Shown one piece after another: positions 19,331 to 29,522 of a stretch of DNA of 64,000 nt (its first letter is position 1; every line of letters begins with the position of its first letter). A program made the translations under genes and the position numbers. The stretch comes from an uncultured Bdellovibrio sp. (GTDB lineage Bacteria; Bdellovibrionota; Bdellovibrionia; Bdellovibrionales; Bdellovibrionaceae): assembly GCA_963932905.1 (NCBI GenBank), contig CAWVRN010000001.1, positions 288,001 through 352,000 of the forward strand, written 5' to 3'. The notes under the pieces are model-generated. The model was not told the origin of the DNA. It worked only from the letters and a program-made list of their open reading frames with translations, and ran no database searches.

Positions 19331-20338
19331 ATGAAAAATATTTTATCTATTCAATTGGCGATTTTTTATTTTCTATTAACAGGATCGGTTTTTGCGGTTT
19401 CGGAAAACGACTTGGGAAAGATCTATTTCTCTGAAGTGGTTCCTTTGTTAAATGAGAAATCTAAGAGCGATTTTTTTATTGGAAAAGAGAACAAAAAGAT
19501 TCACTATTTTCATTACGAAAGCGCGAACGCTAAAGGCGTATTGGTGATTTCTCCCGGGCAAGCGGAACCGGCTCTTAAATATGCAGAGTTAGTTTATGAT
19601 TTAAAAGACGCTGGTTATGATATTTTCGTAATTGATCACCGCGGACAAGGTGCTTCTGAACGACTACTAGAAGATCCTGTAAAATCCCATGTGGAAAAGT
19701 TCCAGTATTATGTGGATGACTTAGCTACTTTTGTGAAAACCATCGTGCATCCGGAAAACTACCCAAATTCAATCTTACTAGGTCATTCCATGGGCGGCGC
19801 TATTGCGTCTGGTTTGTCTGCTCTTCATGGAAAACTATTTAAGCATATTGTTCTGTCAGCACCGATGATTCAGATCGAAACCAACCCATATCCTGAGGTT
19901 CTAGCGTTGGGTTTAGCTCATGTTCTAAGCGCCGCAGGAAAGTCTATTAGTTATGCTCCAAAGCAAAAACCTTATAATCCGGATGAAAAATTTTCCGACC
20001 AGAACACAACGCATAGTTGGCTTCGTTTTCGTTTGGAACAAGAACTATGGAAGATTTACCCACAGCTGCCGCTTGGGGGCACCACCGTTAATTGGGTGAA
20101 AACAAGCCTTGATTGGACTCTAAAGATCAGAAAAGTGAAGAACGTCTTCCGCGTGCCAACGACGTTATTCCAAGCTACTAACGATAAATGGGTGAAATCG
20201 CGTGGTCAGAATCAAATATGTGCAGCTAGCCCGTCTGTTTGTAAAATCACAGTCGTTCAAGGTTCACGTCATGAAATTCTATTCGAAAGTGATGAGTACC
20301 GCAATTTGATACTAACCCATCTAAAATCTCTGCTTTAA
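19331..20338 (+). CDS. Secreted lysophospholipase (PldB-like alpha/beta hydrolase)
   Basis: DHRGQGAS, GHSMGG, RHEILFE; signal peptide. Confidence 0.9.
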   Translation: MKNILSIQLAIFYFLLTGSVFAVSENDLGKIYFSEVVPLLNEKSKSDFFIGKENKKIHYFHYESANAKGVLVISPGQAEPALKYAELVYDLKDAGYDIFVIDHRGQGASERLLEDPVKSHVEKFQYYVDDLATFVKTIVHPENYPNSILLGHSMGGAIASGLSALHGKLFKHIVLSAPMIQIETNPYPEVLALGLAHVLSAAGKSISYAPKQKPYNPDEKFSDQNTTHSWLRFRLEQELWKIYPQLPLGGTTVNWVKTSLDWTLKIRKVKNVFRVPTTLFQATNDKWVKSRGQNQICAASPSVCKITVVQGSRHEILFESDEYRNLILTHLKSLL

Positions 20339-20456
20339 AAAGCGAACAAACTTTAGACGATTTGAAAATAGCGACGTAAATGGTCGCTTTGTCTAAATGT
20401 CTACAGTGGAATATCAAAATAGCTTAACGTAGAACTTTGTTTTCGAGAGGCTATTT

Positions 20457-20870
20457 ATGAAAAATAAAATTCGTATTTTAAAAAGAATCATGTTCCTACT
20501 ATTTATTGCGCTGGGATTAAACGCATTCACGAGCCCATCACAACACGATTCAATCATGTACGATATCACAGAAGGCAAAATTCAGGCGACTGAAGCCGAC
20601 GGCTTGTTGACACGGCAAATGAATCAAGCTCAACAAGACTACACTGAAATGAATATTCGCTTTGACGCTTTAGCATTACAATCAGAGTCTACAGGTGATT
20701 CACCTCGCTTATCTGGTTTGTCGCAAGTTTTATACGTATATGATCAAGAAGTAAAAGCCGTTAAGCTTTACCAATTAGATCAAAAACAACAGAAGGCGTT
20801 CTTTACTCATTTAGCTTCTTTGAAGAAAGAATTCTACACAGCGCTAGCAGCGGTATCTGAACAAAAGTAG
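20457..20870 (+). CDS. Exported hypothetical protein
   Basis: 137 aa, GAGAGG RBS, signal peptide. Confidence 0.7.
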   Translation: MKNKIRILKRIMFLLFIALGLNAFTSPSQHDSIMYDITEGKIQATEADGLLTRQMNQAQQDYTEMNIRFDALALQSESTGDSPRLSGLSQVLYVYDQEVKAVKLYQLDQKQQKAFFTHLASLKKEFYTALAAVSEQK

Positions 20871-20960
20871 TTGCATGCACTTGTACTACATTCGTAGTAA
20901 CACTTCCGTCTAAGTCTTGGGAATTTTCGTCGAGGCTTGAAAGTACATCGATCGCTCATC

Positions 20961-21043
20961 TTCAGGAAAGCTAGACTAGACGCGGATCTTAAGTCTAGCT
21001 CTTGTGATTTTAGTCTAGTGACTTCCTAGATCTTCATCCTGAA
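20961..21043. other. Nested and alternative inverted repeats upstream of flagellin
   Basis: TTCAGGA/TCCTGAA outer pair; AGCTAGACT (20969-20977) pairs with 20992-21000; CTAGACTA can alternatively pair with TAGTCTAG (21011-21018). Confidence 0.45.
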
Positions 21044-21191
21044 AAACTCCGTTAAAAAATAATCAAAGACTCAAGAATAGGAAAAAATTGCTCCTAATTT
21101 TTTAAAACTGTACTGAGGTCTCGTTTAGGCCAGGCAAAAATTACCCGTATAGGTAGGTACAACACAACATACCTTAACGGAGGGTAACTAA

Positions 21192-22025
21192 ATGGGAATG
21201 AGAGTATCGACAAACATCGCGTCTGTAAATGCACAGAGACAATTATCAGGTAGCCAAAAATCGATTCAAAAATCGATGCAACAGCTTGCCTCAGGAAGCC
21301 GAATCAATATCGCAGCTGATGATGCTGCTGGATTGGCGATTTCTGAAAATTTAAAAGCGTCAGCAAGATCAGCTGCACAAGCAAAACGTAACGCTAGTGA
21401 TGGTATCTCGATGATCCAAACTGCAGAGGGTGGATTAAACGAAATTTCAAACATCGTAGTTCGTTTACGTGAACTAGGCATCCAAGCCGCTTCAGATACA
21501 GTAGGTGATACTGAGCGTGGATTCCTAAATAAAGAGGTCGTACAGTTAAAAAGTGAGATGCAACGTATCTCTAACGTAACTACTTGGGGAAAAACAAAAC
21601 TTCTAGATGGATCAACTCCAACTTTTGATTTCCAAGTCGGCCTATATAATGACAAAGAAAATAGCGTAATCTCGTTTGATTCTTCTGAAAATGAAGCAAC
21701 ACTATCGGCACTAGGTTTAGATGGCGTTGATTTTTCAACTAAAGAAGGCGCACAAGATGCACTAGATAGTTTAGACAGCGCTTTAAGTGGCGTAAATGGA
21801 ATGCGCGCTAATTTAGGTGCGATCCAAAATAGATTGTACTCAACAGTAGATAACTTAGGTGTACAAGAAGAGAATATTTTGTCTGCAAATAGCCGTATCC
21901 GCGATACAGACGTAGCGCAAGCCTCATCTGAAATGGTAAGAAATAACATCTTACTTCAAGCTGGTACTTCGACTTTGGCTCAGGCAAATTCAAATAATCA
22001 AATGGCTTTAAAACTTATCGGTTAA
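21192..22025 (+). CDS. fliC: Flagellin (short, 277 aa)
   Basis: LASGSRINIAADDAAGLAI, QTAEGGL, RLRELGIQAA, RANLGAIQNRL, SRIRDTD. Confidence 0.98.
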   Translation: MGMRVSTNIASVNAQRQLSGSQKSIQKSMQQLASGSRINIAADDAAGLAISENLKASARSAAQAKRNASDGISMIQTAEGGLNEISNIVVRLRELGIQAASDTVGDTERGFLNKEVVQLKSEMQRISNVTTWGKTKLLDGSTPTFDFQVGLYNDKENSVISFDSSENEATLSALGLDGVDFSTKEGAQDALDSLDSALSGVNGMRANLGAIQNRLYSTVDNLGVQEENILSANSRIRDTDVAQASSEMVRNNILLQAGTSTLAQANSNNQMALKLIG

Positions 22026-22061
22026 CCCATAGCTGGTAAGGTTACTGTTACGAACTCCGTT

Positions 22062-22092
22062 GCTAGCGCCGGGTGGTCTGGCGCTAGTTTTT
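22062..22092 (+). terminator. Intrinsic terminator of fliC
   Basis: GCTAGCGCCGG...CTGGCGCTAGT followed by TTTT. Confidence 0.85.
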
Positions 22093-22098
22093 ATACGG

Positions 22099-22134
22099 AA
22101 AAAGAAGAGAGTCTGGAATAAAATTCCAAACTCT
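22099..22134 (-). terminator. Intrinsic terminator of tig
   Basis: AGAGTcTGGAAT-AAA-ATTCCAaACTCT hairpin with a pyrimidine/U tract on the minus strand. Confidence 0.6.
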
Positions 22135-22147
22135 AAGGGTCATGATA

Positions 22148-23464
22148 TTAATTTTCTTCGTTCTTTAGGTCTTTTGCGGAAACTTCTTTGATTTTTACAG
22201 TTTCCATTAGCTTCTTGATAACGTTCTCTTCAGTGATTTGATACGTTAAGCGGCTCAGAGTATCTTGTTTAGAGTAGAATTCGCGAATGCGAGCTTCTTC
22301 GATACCTGTTTGAGCAGCGTATTCCGCAAATTTGCGGTCTAAATCATCGGCTTTGCAGATTAGGTCATATTTCTTACCGATAGCATCGATTAAGAAACTA
22401 GACTGAATCATCTCGCCAGCTGTTTTTTCAAAATCTTTGTCCCATTTAGCAATGTACTCAGTCATTGTAGCTTCGTCCATTTGCTGTTGACCCATACGTT
22501 TTTTGAAATCTTCAATTAACATATTTTTTTGATCTTTAAGTAAAGAAGCGGGAACGTCTACAGGATTTTCTTTAACTAGTGCTTTTAACAAACGATTTTT
22601 GAAAGCGTCATCAATACGTTTGATTTCTGAACCTTCAAGATCGTTACGAACCACTTTGCGGAACTCTTCAACGGAAGCAACACCAGAACCAGTTGATTTT
22701 ATGAATTCATCATTAATTTCTGGAAGTACTTTTGTACGTAATGCATTTAATTTTACTTTGAAAGTAACGGACTTCCCTTCAAGTTCTTTAGCATGATATG
22801 GAGTTGGGAATTTTAAGTTAAGCGTTTTTTCTTCGCCTACTTTCATTCCCACAACACCTTCTTCAAAACCTTCGATGAATTGTTTTGAACCAAGTTCTAA
22901 TTGTTGATCAGTGCCAGAACCATTTTCAAGCGGAGCACCGTCTACTTCACCGCTGAAATCAATAACAGAAAAATCGCCTAATTTAGCAGCGCGAGGTTCT
23001 GTCACGTTTTCAAATGTAGCGCGTGAGTTTTGGATGTTTTTGATAACTTCATCGATTTTGTCTTCAGAAAAATCTAGTTTTTCTTTTTCAACAGTTAAGT
23101 TTTCATATTTTTTCAAAGTTACATCTGGGCGAATATCAAAAATAGCCGAAAAGTTGAATTCTTTGTCTTCAGCTAAATCATCAAATTCGAACTCAGGGTA
23201 TGAAACTGGTTCTAATTTGTGCTCTGACAGAGCCATAGAATAGTGCTTTTGAATAAGATCTTGAATTACGTCTTGTTTAACTCTGTTTTGATAAAGGCTT
23301 TTGATTGTGTTCATTGGCGCTTTACCCTTTCTGAAGCCTTTGATAGTTACTTCAGATTGAATATCGCGATAAACCTTGTCGAAACTAGTTTGGATGTCGG
23401 TGACAGGCACAGCCACGTTAAGCTTGCGTTGTAAAGACGTCACTTTTTCCACGTTTGATTTCAT
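22148..23464 (-). CDS. tig: Trigger factor
   Basis: GFRKGKAP ribosome-binding motif, FKBP domain FIEGFEE..GMKVGE..FP..YH. Confidence 0.97.
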   Translation of the reverse strand: MKSNVEKVTSLQRKLNVAVPVTDIQTSFDKVYRDIQSEVTIKGFRKGKAPMNTIKSLYQNRVKQDVIQDLIQKHYSMALSEHKLEPVSYPEFEFDDLAEDKEFNFSAIFDIRPDVTLKKYENLTVEKEKLDFSEDKIDEVIKNIQNSRATFENVTEPRAAKLGDFSVIDFSGEVDGAPLENGSGTDQQLELGSKQFIEGFEEGVVGMKVGEEKTLNLKFPTPYHAKELEGKSVTFKVKLNALRTKVLPEINDEFIKSTGSGVASVEEFRKVVRNDLEGSEIKRIDDAFKNRLLKALVKENPVDVPASLLKDQKNMLIEDFKKRMGQQQMDEATMTEYIAKWDKDFEKTAGEMIQSSFLIDAIGKKYDLICKADDLDRKFAEYAAQTGIEEARIREFYSKQDTLSRLTYQITEENVIKKLMETVKIKEVSAKDLKNEEN

Positions 23465-23570
23465 GAAAAACTCCTGTATTTTGTATGTACGTGTTGAAAC
23501 GGTCGGATACTAGGTGACAGGTTGAAGAAAATCAAGCACTTATGCTAGTTCTTTTGAGGCAGGATAATTA

Positions 23571-24422
23571 ATGCAAAAAATAGTTTTTGTTACTGGAAAA
23601 GGGGGCGTGGGGAAGTCGATCTATGCGGCGGCCTTGGCTCAGAAATATTCCATGCAGGGCAAACGCACGCTTTTAGTGGAATTAGGCGATGAAAGCTTTT
23701 TTAAAACCTTCTTCGGACTGCCTCAAGTTCAATATACACCAACTAAAACTAAAAATGGGTTTGAGGTGGCGCTCTGGTCCGGCGGCGAAGCGCTTAAAGA
23801 GTACGCTCTGCATTTATTAAAATCGGAAGCTGTCTATCGCCTTTTCTTTGAAAACAAGGTCAGCCGAGCCCTGATTCACATAGCGCCGGGATTGCCGGAA
23901 CTGGCGATTTTAGGAAAAATTACATCGGGTCCCCGTCACCATGGTCCATCGTCTCCGCATGATGTGATTATTGTCGATGCATTTGCAACCGGGCATTTCC
24001 TAGCATTGATGAGAGCCCCTAAAGGTATGGCTCAGGCAATTAGTTTTGGTCCGATGGGTGAACAGAGCCGCAGTATTATGAAAACGGTCGTAGATTCTTC
24101 AATTTGTGACTATCACATCGTAACGCTAGCTGAAGAGCTTCCCATCAAAGAAACGATCGAGCTTTATGATCAACTGAAAACTGAATTTAATATTTCAGCC
24201 GATATTATTTTAAATAAAAAATTAAATACGTCTTTGCAATCGAATGAATTGAATTCGGATGATAACGAATTTGTTAAATACGTGAAAGAAACGCTTACTC
24301 GTGAAGAAGACGCACGCAAACGCCTACAGGAAAAAAACCTTAGTCCGTTTGAAGTGCCGTTCATTTATGACAAAACTTCCTATGAATTGATTGAACAAAT
24401 TGCGACGGGGATAAAACTATGA
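23571..24422 (+). CDS. ArsA/Get3-family ATPase, subunit 1
   Basis: TGKGGVGKS, APGLPELAILGKI, VDAFATGH, EELPIKET. Confidence 0.9.
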   Translation: MQKIVFVTGKGGVGKSIYAAALAQKYSMQGKRTLLVELGDESFFKTFFGLPQVQYTPTKTKNGFEVALWSGGEALKEYALHLLKSEAVYRLFFENKVSRALIHIAPGLPELAILGKITSGPRHHGPSSPHDVIIVDAFATGHFLALMRAPKGMAQAISFGPMGEQSRSIMKTVVDSSICDYHIVTLAEELPIKETIELYDQLKTEFNISADIILNKKLNTSLQSNELNSDDNEFVKYVKETLTREEDARKRLQEKNLSPFEVPFIYDKTSYELIEQIATGIKL

Positions 24423-25489
24423 AATCAACACAAGTCGTAGTTTGTATTGGTTGTGGCGGTGTCGGAAAAACTACGGTATCTGCGTCTTTGGGGTATATGC
24501 TAGCAGATCAAGGTTACAAAACTTTGGTGTTAACAATTGACCCAGCAAAACGTTTGGCTACGACTTTAGGTATCGAAGGCACCAAAGAAATTACGGAAGT
24601 ACCTGGAGTTCAGTTAAAAGGAAAACTATTTGCGTCCGTGATTGATCACCAAACAGTGTTTAATGAATTCATCAAACGTGCCTCTGGTGCGGGCGCGGAC
24701 GTAACACCTATTTTTAGAAATAAACTATATCAACAAATGTCGACGACACTAAGCGGATCTCAAGAGTTCACAGCTTTAGAAAAACTTTACAGTGCCTATG
24801 AGAGCGGTGAATACGATTGGATTGTGCTGGATACTCCGCCATCGAAACACGCAATTGATTTCTTAAACGCTCCTCAGAAATTATCAGCATTGTTTAATGA
24901 TAGCGTAGCTAAATGGCTTCGCAACAGTGATGGCAAAGGTGGTTTGCTAAGCCAAATTATTTCGTCGGGTACGCGCCAGGTGATCCAGATTCTAGAAAGA
25001 TTAACTGGTTCTGAGTTTGTAAAAGAATTGCGTCTGTTTTTTTTCTATATTCATGCTTGGCAGGATAAATTAGAAAATAGAATTGTGCAGGTGCATAACT
25101 TATTAATCAGCGACAAAACACGCTTTTTTTTAATTTCAAGTTTGGACGAAGTGAAAATGACCGAGGCTTTGAATTTGGGGCAAGAAGTTCGCAAGCAAGG
25201 GTATCAACTGACCAAAATAATTATCAATAAATCACGGTTCGAGAAAACGTTTGATTTCAAGGTAGGTCCAGGCAGCACCCAATCGGCAGCGTCGTTAAAA
25301 GAGCTAGAGTTATTTAAAGTCTCTTTTGAGAAATACATCGCTCAGCGGGAAGAATTGTTACATAAATTTGAAAACTCGGTAGCGAACAGAATAGAATTGG
25401 TCTCGCTCAAAGAGTACCTCGACCCTATTTCAGATACTGATAATCTGAAATTGATTGCTTTTGACCTGAGTCAAAAAATAAAATTGTAG
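24419..25489 (+). CDS. ArsA/Get3-family ATPase, subunit 2
   Basis: GCGGVGKTT, TIDPAKRLA, GSQEF, LDTPPSKHAIDFL. Confidence 0.9.
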   Translation: MKSTQVVVCIGCGGVGKTTVSASLGYMLADQGYKTLVLTIDPAKRLATTLGIEGTKEITEVPGVQLKGKLFASVIDHQTVFNEFIKRASGAGADVTPIFRNKLYQQMSTTLSGSQEFTALEKLYSAYESGEYDWIVLDTPPSKHAIDFLNAPQKLSALFNDSVAKWLRNSDGKGGLLSQIISSGTRQVIQILERLTGSEFVKELRLFFFYIHAWQDKLENRIVQVHNLLISDKTRFFLISSLDEVKMTEALNLGQEVRKQGYQLTKIIINKSRFEKTFDFKVGPGSTQSAASLKELELFKVSFEKYIAQREELLHKFENSVANRIELVSLKEYLDPISDTDNLKLIAFDLSQKIKL

Positions 25490-25501
25490 GGGGAAGGCGA
25501 A

Positions 25502-26581
25502 ATGAGTTTTAAATGCAAAGTTACTAGTGCTATCTGTCTGGCTCTCTGTTTTGTTGTTTTAAGTTGCGTATCGAAAGAAGTGGTAAAAGAAGATCCCATT
25601 TTACCCGACACGTCTCAAGTAGACGCTCAAGAGTTGGATAAAATTTTTCTTATGGAAGATAATTCGGCTTTTGAATCGAAGAAAGAAGCGTATTTAAAAA
25701 CGCATCCAAATTCTATTTACGTACAATATGTGCAGTTACTTTCTAGTAAGATGTATCTGAAAAAAAATATGTTGAATGAAGCGCTAGTGACCAATGCGGA
25801 TGTGCAAAACAAAACGTTTAATGCCAATAAAGAAATATATTACTTAGCATTGTTTGAAAGTGCCGATATTTATGAAGCCCAAGAGAAATACGATAAATCG
25901 CTAGCGGCCTTGGTTGAAGCTGAAAAGAACAAAACATATTTGCCTGCGAAGAAACGACTTTTTGAATTGCCGTTAAAATTGTCAGTGGCGTACTCTCGTC
26001 TGAATCTAACGGAACTTACATTTAAATATATCAAAGAAACCCAAAACGGTCTGAATGAATATTTAAAAATGGAAGCACTAGATAACGCGGCTTTGGCTAA
26101 GTTGTATTTAGAAATTGGTGGTGGACTGACGCAGTGGCAATCCAATGACTTTTCGTTAGAGCTAAGAAAATTTTTAATGACGTATAAATTCTTAGTGTAT
26201 TCGATGAATCGAAACGATGCGGCGTTCTCTGAGAAAGCACAGAAAAAACTGAAATCACAAATTCAGTGGATCTGGAATTTGAGCCAAACACAGCGTTCTT
26301 CTCCAGATTTAGATAGATTAGAAGAGGAAAAAAGTCAGTTTCTAAAAATGACTGAGTTTTCTAAGTTGCTAAATTCAGTCAAAATGTTTGAACCATTAGA
26401 GGGACAAAAGAAGTCGCCTCTACAGGAAGAGTTTTTTTCGTATGTAGAACAAGTTCAAGATGTTGTGTTAGAGAAAATATTTGCTCAGTACAAGTACACA
26501 CCTCCAACGCAAGAATCCTTCAGACACCAAATATTTCGAGATAATCTAACAATTGAAAATTTGGAAAACCAATACAAGTAA
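25502..26581 (+). CDS. Helical (TPR-like) lipoprotein
   Basis: Lipobox VLSC; alpha-helical repeat-like sequence. Confidence 0.7.
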   Translation: MSFKCKVTSAICLALCFVVLSCVSKEVVKEDPILPDTSQVDAQELDKIFLMEDNSAFESKKEAYLKTHPNSIYVQYVQLLSSKMYLKKNMLNEALVTNADVQNKTFNANKEIYYLALFESADIYEAQEKYDKSLAALVEAEKNKTYLPAKKRLFELPLKLSVAYSRLNLTELTFKYIKETQNGLNEYLKMEALDNAALAKLYLEIGGGLTQWQSNDFSLELRKFLMTYKFLVYSMNRNDAAFSEKAQKKLKSQIQWIWNLSQTQRSSPDLDRLEEEKSQFLKMTEFSKLLNSVKMFEPLEGQKKSPLQEEFFSYVEQVQDVVLEKIFAQYKYTPPTQESFRHQIFRDNLTIENLENQYK

Positions 26582-26591
26582 GGAAATGCTC

Positions 26592-27812
26592 ATGGCCTAT
26601 ACACGCACGGAACTACACCAGCAAATTTTATCTAAAAAGAACGCGGTTTGCGATTGGTTTCAATCTAAATCTAAAAATGCTTTTATCCCTATTTATTCTA
26701 GCTATGACGTGCGTGATGCGGGTTACAAGGTGGCCAACGTTGATGCTAATATTTATCCCGCGGGATTTAATAACATTTGTCCAACCGATAAAGAAACCAG
26801 CATAGATTTAATGCGGAAATATTTAGAATCAAAATATGGTAAGGATTTAAAACGTATCTTGCTGGTTACCGAAGAGCACACTCAAAACCCTTATTACTGG
26901 GATAACGTAGTTACGATCAAAGATCTTATGGAAAGTGCCGGGAAACAAGTTCGCGTGGGTTTTGGAACTAAACTACCCGAGCCAATCACGGTAAAAAGCG
27001 CCAACGGGCACAATGTTTTGGTCGAATCAGCATGGGGAGATTCGTCCTTAATTAAGGAATTCAATCCGGAAATTATTGTTAGTAATAATGACTTCTCGGA
27101 AGCCCATGCGGAATGGGCTTCAACGGTTAAATTGCCTATCAACCCGCCTCGTGAATTGGGTTGGTATCAACGCAAGAAAAGCGACTACTTTAAATATTAC
27201 AATGAACTAGTCAGTGAATTCGCGACTGTTGCTGGAGTCGATCCGTTTGTTTTCCAAGTGAAAACAGAATATTTCCCTCATTTTGACATTAATTCGGAAG
27301 ATTCTAGAAAAGAGTTGTCTGCAGCCGTTGATAAATTTTTAAAAGAACTAGAGGCTGACTATCAAAAACGCGGAATCACACAAAAACCGTTCGCATTCGT
27401 TAAGAACAATGCGGGAACATACGGTTTGGCGGTTATTCGTGTCCAATCGGCCACCGAAATTTTAGAATGGACTTACAAAGCTCGTAAGAAAATGAAGGCG
27501 GCTAAGGGCGGCCGTGATGTCGAAGAGGTTATTATCCAAGAAGGTATCCCATCTATCGTGGAAACTGACGGTGTCGTTGCCGAACCCGTTATCTACATGA
27601 TTGGTGGCGAACTTGCGGGTGGTTTCTTACGCACTCACAGCGAGAAAGACTCAACAGAAAGTTTGAATAGCCCTGGCGCAATCTATAAAAAATTATGCGT
27701 TAGCGATTTAGAAATTCGACCTGAGGGATGCCCGATGGAAAACGTGTACGGTTGGACCTCAAAAATTGGGTCTTTAGCTATTTCCATGGAAGCTGCGAAA
27801 GTATCTAGATAA
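26592..27812 (+). CDS. gshA: Glutamate--cysteine ligase, ATP-grasp (Acidithiobacillus-type GshA)
   Basis: YSSYDVRDAGYKVANVDANIYPAGFNN, EEHTQNPYY, KNNAGTYGL, QEGI, AEPVIY, GGFLRTH..ESLNSPG; start at MAYTR after AAGGA. Confidence 0.88.
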   Translation: MAYTRTELHQQILSKKNAVCDWFQSKSKNAFIPIYSSYDVRDAGYKVANVDANIYPAGFNNICPTDKETSIDLMRKYLESKYGKDLKRILLVTEEHTQNPYYWDNVVTIKDLMESAGKQVRVGFGTKLPEPITVKSANGHNVLVESAWGDSSLIKEFNPEIIVSNNDFSEAHAEWASTVKLPINPPRELGWYQRKKSDYFKYYNELVSEFATVAGVDPFVFQVKTEYFPHFDINSEDSRKELSAAVDKFLKELEADYQKRGITQKPFAFVKNNAGTYGLAVIRVQSATEILEWTYKARKKMKAAKGGRDVEEVIIQEGIPSIVETDGVVAEPVIYMIGGELAGGFLRTHSEKDSTESLNSPGAIYKKLCVSDLEIRPEGCPMENVYGWTSKIGSLAISMEAAKVSR

Positions 27813-27817
27813 GTATT

Positions 27818-27846
27818 TTGTTTAAGGTTTGGCGCCCAGCTATAAT
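27818..27846 (+). promoter_or_regulatory. Sigma70-type promoter
   Basis: TTGTTT-17 nt-TATAAT. Confidence 0.6.
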
Positions 27847-28199
27847 AAGCTTAGGGGGAAAGCTTCAATGGCCGCTTCTTTAACAAGGCCAAAATAGCAG
27901 AAAATCAACAAAAAGAAACCGACGTTTGCAAAATTTTAAAATCAAAAAGCATAAAAAAAATAACTATTTTTGTCACAAACAATAAAAAATCAGTCGAGAA
28001 TCGTTATATGCGGCAACCATCGTAAAGAAGTTCTACACTCAAGAATCTGAACTGACTAAATTTCTACACTGGAAAATTTTAAGGTATTTCTCTATATTAC
28101 CGTCTGTAAATACCGTTGATTGAGGTCTTTGTGAAATCAATCTCGACACCTTGCAAAGGTATAAACTAATTGAAAAAAATCGGTTCAAAAGGGCTGTGT

Positions 28200-29303
28200 A
28201 TGACTAGTTTTGCTTCAATACCTAAGACCGTAGTAACTTTTTTGGTGCTATTTTTTAGCTTACTTGTATTGGCAGATACAACGAACGATTTTTCTGTCAA
28301 CGAAGACCCATTTAGGTTTGATTTAAGTCTTTTAGCTTATAAATCTCAAAATATTTCTACACTTCATATGAATAATAGAATACTCAAAGGTCCGCTGAAA
28401 GGTGAGGAATTAGACTCGTCCGAAAAACGCCCAACCGTCATTGTACATCAAGATGGTGATCGCTGGATTATCGCTAACTTTCATCACATAGATAAGTTTT
28501 ATTTCGCTTCAATTCCTGTAAATGAAGTTGAAAATACTTTTTTTAATATCGTAAAATTTATGCCGGGTGCCGCTCACGCGATGCTTCGTTTTAAAATGAA
28601 AAAAGGTAAATATGTTACTTTGCTGGCAGAGGGTCCTTCGGAAGACGAATTTAAAAAAGGAATTACCGTTAAACCCTTAGAGCGACCGATTCTTCTAAGT
28701 GATATTTTTCTTTCCGTTGAATCTACGTGGACTAAAGGTCGCGACGGCTACGAGTTGCACCGTATATTTAAAGGACATTACGTAAATACATTTAGGATGG
28801 TTTCTTTGGCGACGCGTGCTATGACTTATTATCGCGACGACACGGTTCCTACCGAACAAGTTAAAACAAATTTCAGTTTTGAAGAATCCAGTGAGGCTCT
28901 TAAAAGGAGCATCGAACTATCAGATAAATACGGTCAGTTCAGACCCTACAATTTGTTCAAGAGAAATTGCGCGACTGAGGTCTTTGAAGTGATTGATTTT
29001 GTTACAAATAAATTTCGCTCAGGTGCCAAGGCAACCGGCATTAAAGAACGTTATCACCGCATGCTAAATCGCTTTGTCGGATTTGTTCGCTTTTACCCGT
29101 TGCTTTCCAAGTATGTACTTGTTTGGGCGGGATTGACCGAGGGTAAGGGCCGGGTGACTAATTTAGAATTGGAGGCCGAGAACGGTCCGATTTACAAGCT
29201 CGAAAAAGAACGACAAGATTTCAATCGCGCGGAAGAAATTCGAATGAAGCGCGCGCTTTGTTTGAAGGTTTATGAGCCGGCCACGGTGACCGCCTCCCAA
29301 TAA
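28200..29303 (+). CDS. Secreted DUF4105/Lnb-N-like permuted papain-fold protein
   Basis: AHAMLRF (His), LSVE, YNLFKRNCATEV (Cys); signal peptide; C-terminal CLKVY. Confidence 0.75.
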   Translation: MTSFASIPKTVVTFLVLFFSLLVLADTTNDFSVNEDPFRFDLSLLAYKSQNISTLHMNNRILKGPLKGEELDSSEKRPTVIVHQDGDRWIIANFHHIDKFYFASIPVNEVENTFFNIVKFMPGAAHAMLRFKMKKGKYVTLLAEGPSEDEFKKGITVKPLERPILLSDIFLSVESTWTKGRDGYELHRIFKGHYVNTFRMVSLATRAMTYYRDDTVPTEQVKTNFSFEESSEALKRSIELSDKYGQFRPYNLFKRNCATEVFEVIDFVTNKFRSGAKATGIKERYHRMLNRFVGFVRFYPLLSKYVLVWAGLTEGKGRVTNLELEAENGPIYKLEKERQDFNRAEEIRMKRALCLKVYEPATVTASQ

Positions 29304-29522
29304 ACAGCACGGGGCGTTGTTGCTTGTGTAATGTGTTTTGCTGCTATTGCTGTCGTCCTTTGGTTTTCCTTTCGTCATTTTCTCTCAAAGAGCTTCCTCC
29401 GGTATTGAAATAACTTTAGTAGAGTTAGATCTTTAAAATGTTGACAAGCGCTGCCTCCCACTCGGATCATTTTTTATATGATCTGATCAAGGTAAACTAA
29501 AACGGAATTTAGTTGGAGGGGT

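Noticed and set aside
21124..21151. Sigma28 promoter for fliC
   Set aside because: Best match TTAGG-N14-CCCGTATA is too far from consensus to call.
21266..21949. 227-aa antisense ORF
   Set aside because: Lies wholly opposite fliC; codon-bias shadow.
28031..28070. TTCTACACT twice, loosely like a Cas12a repeat
   Set aside because: Only 9 bp, two copies, no array and no cas genes. No CRISPR array seen anywhere in the window.
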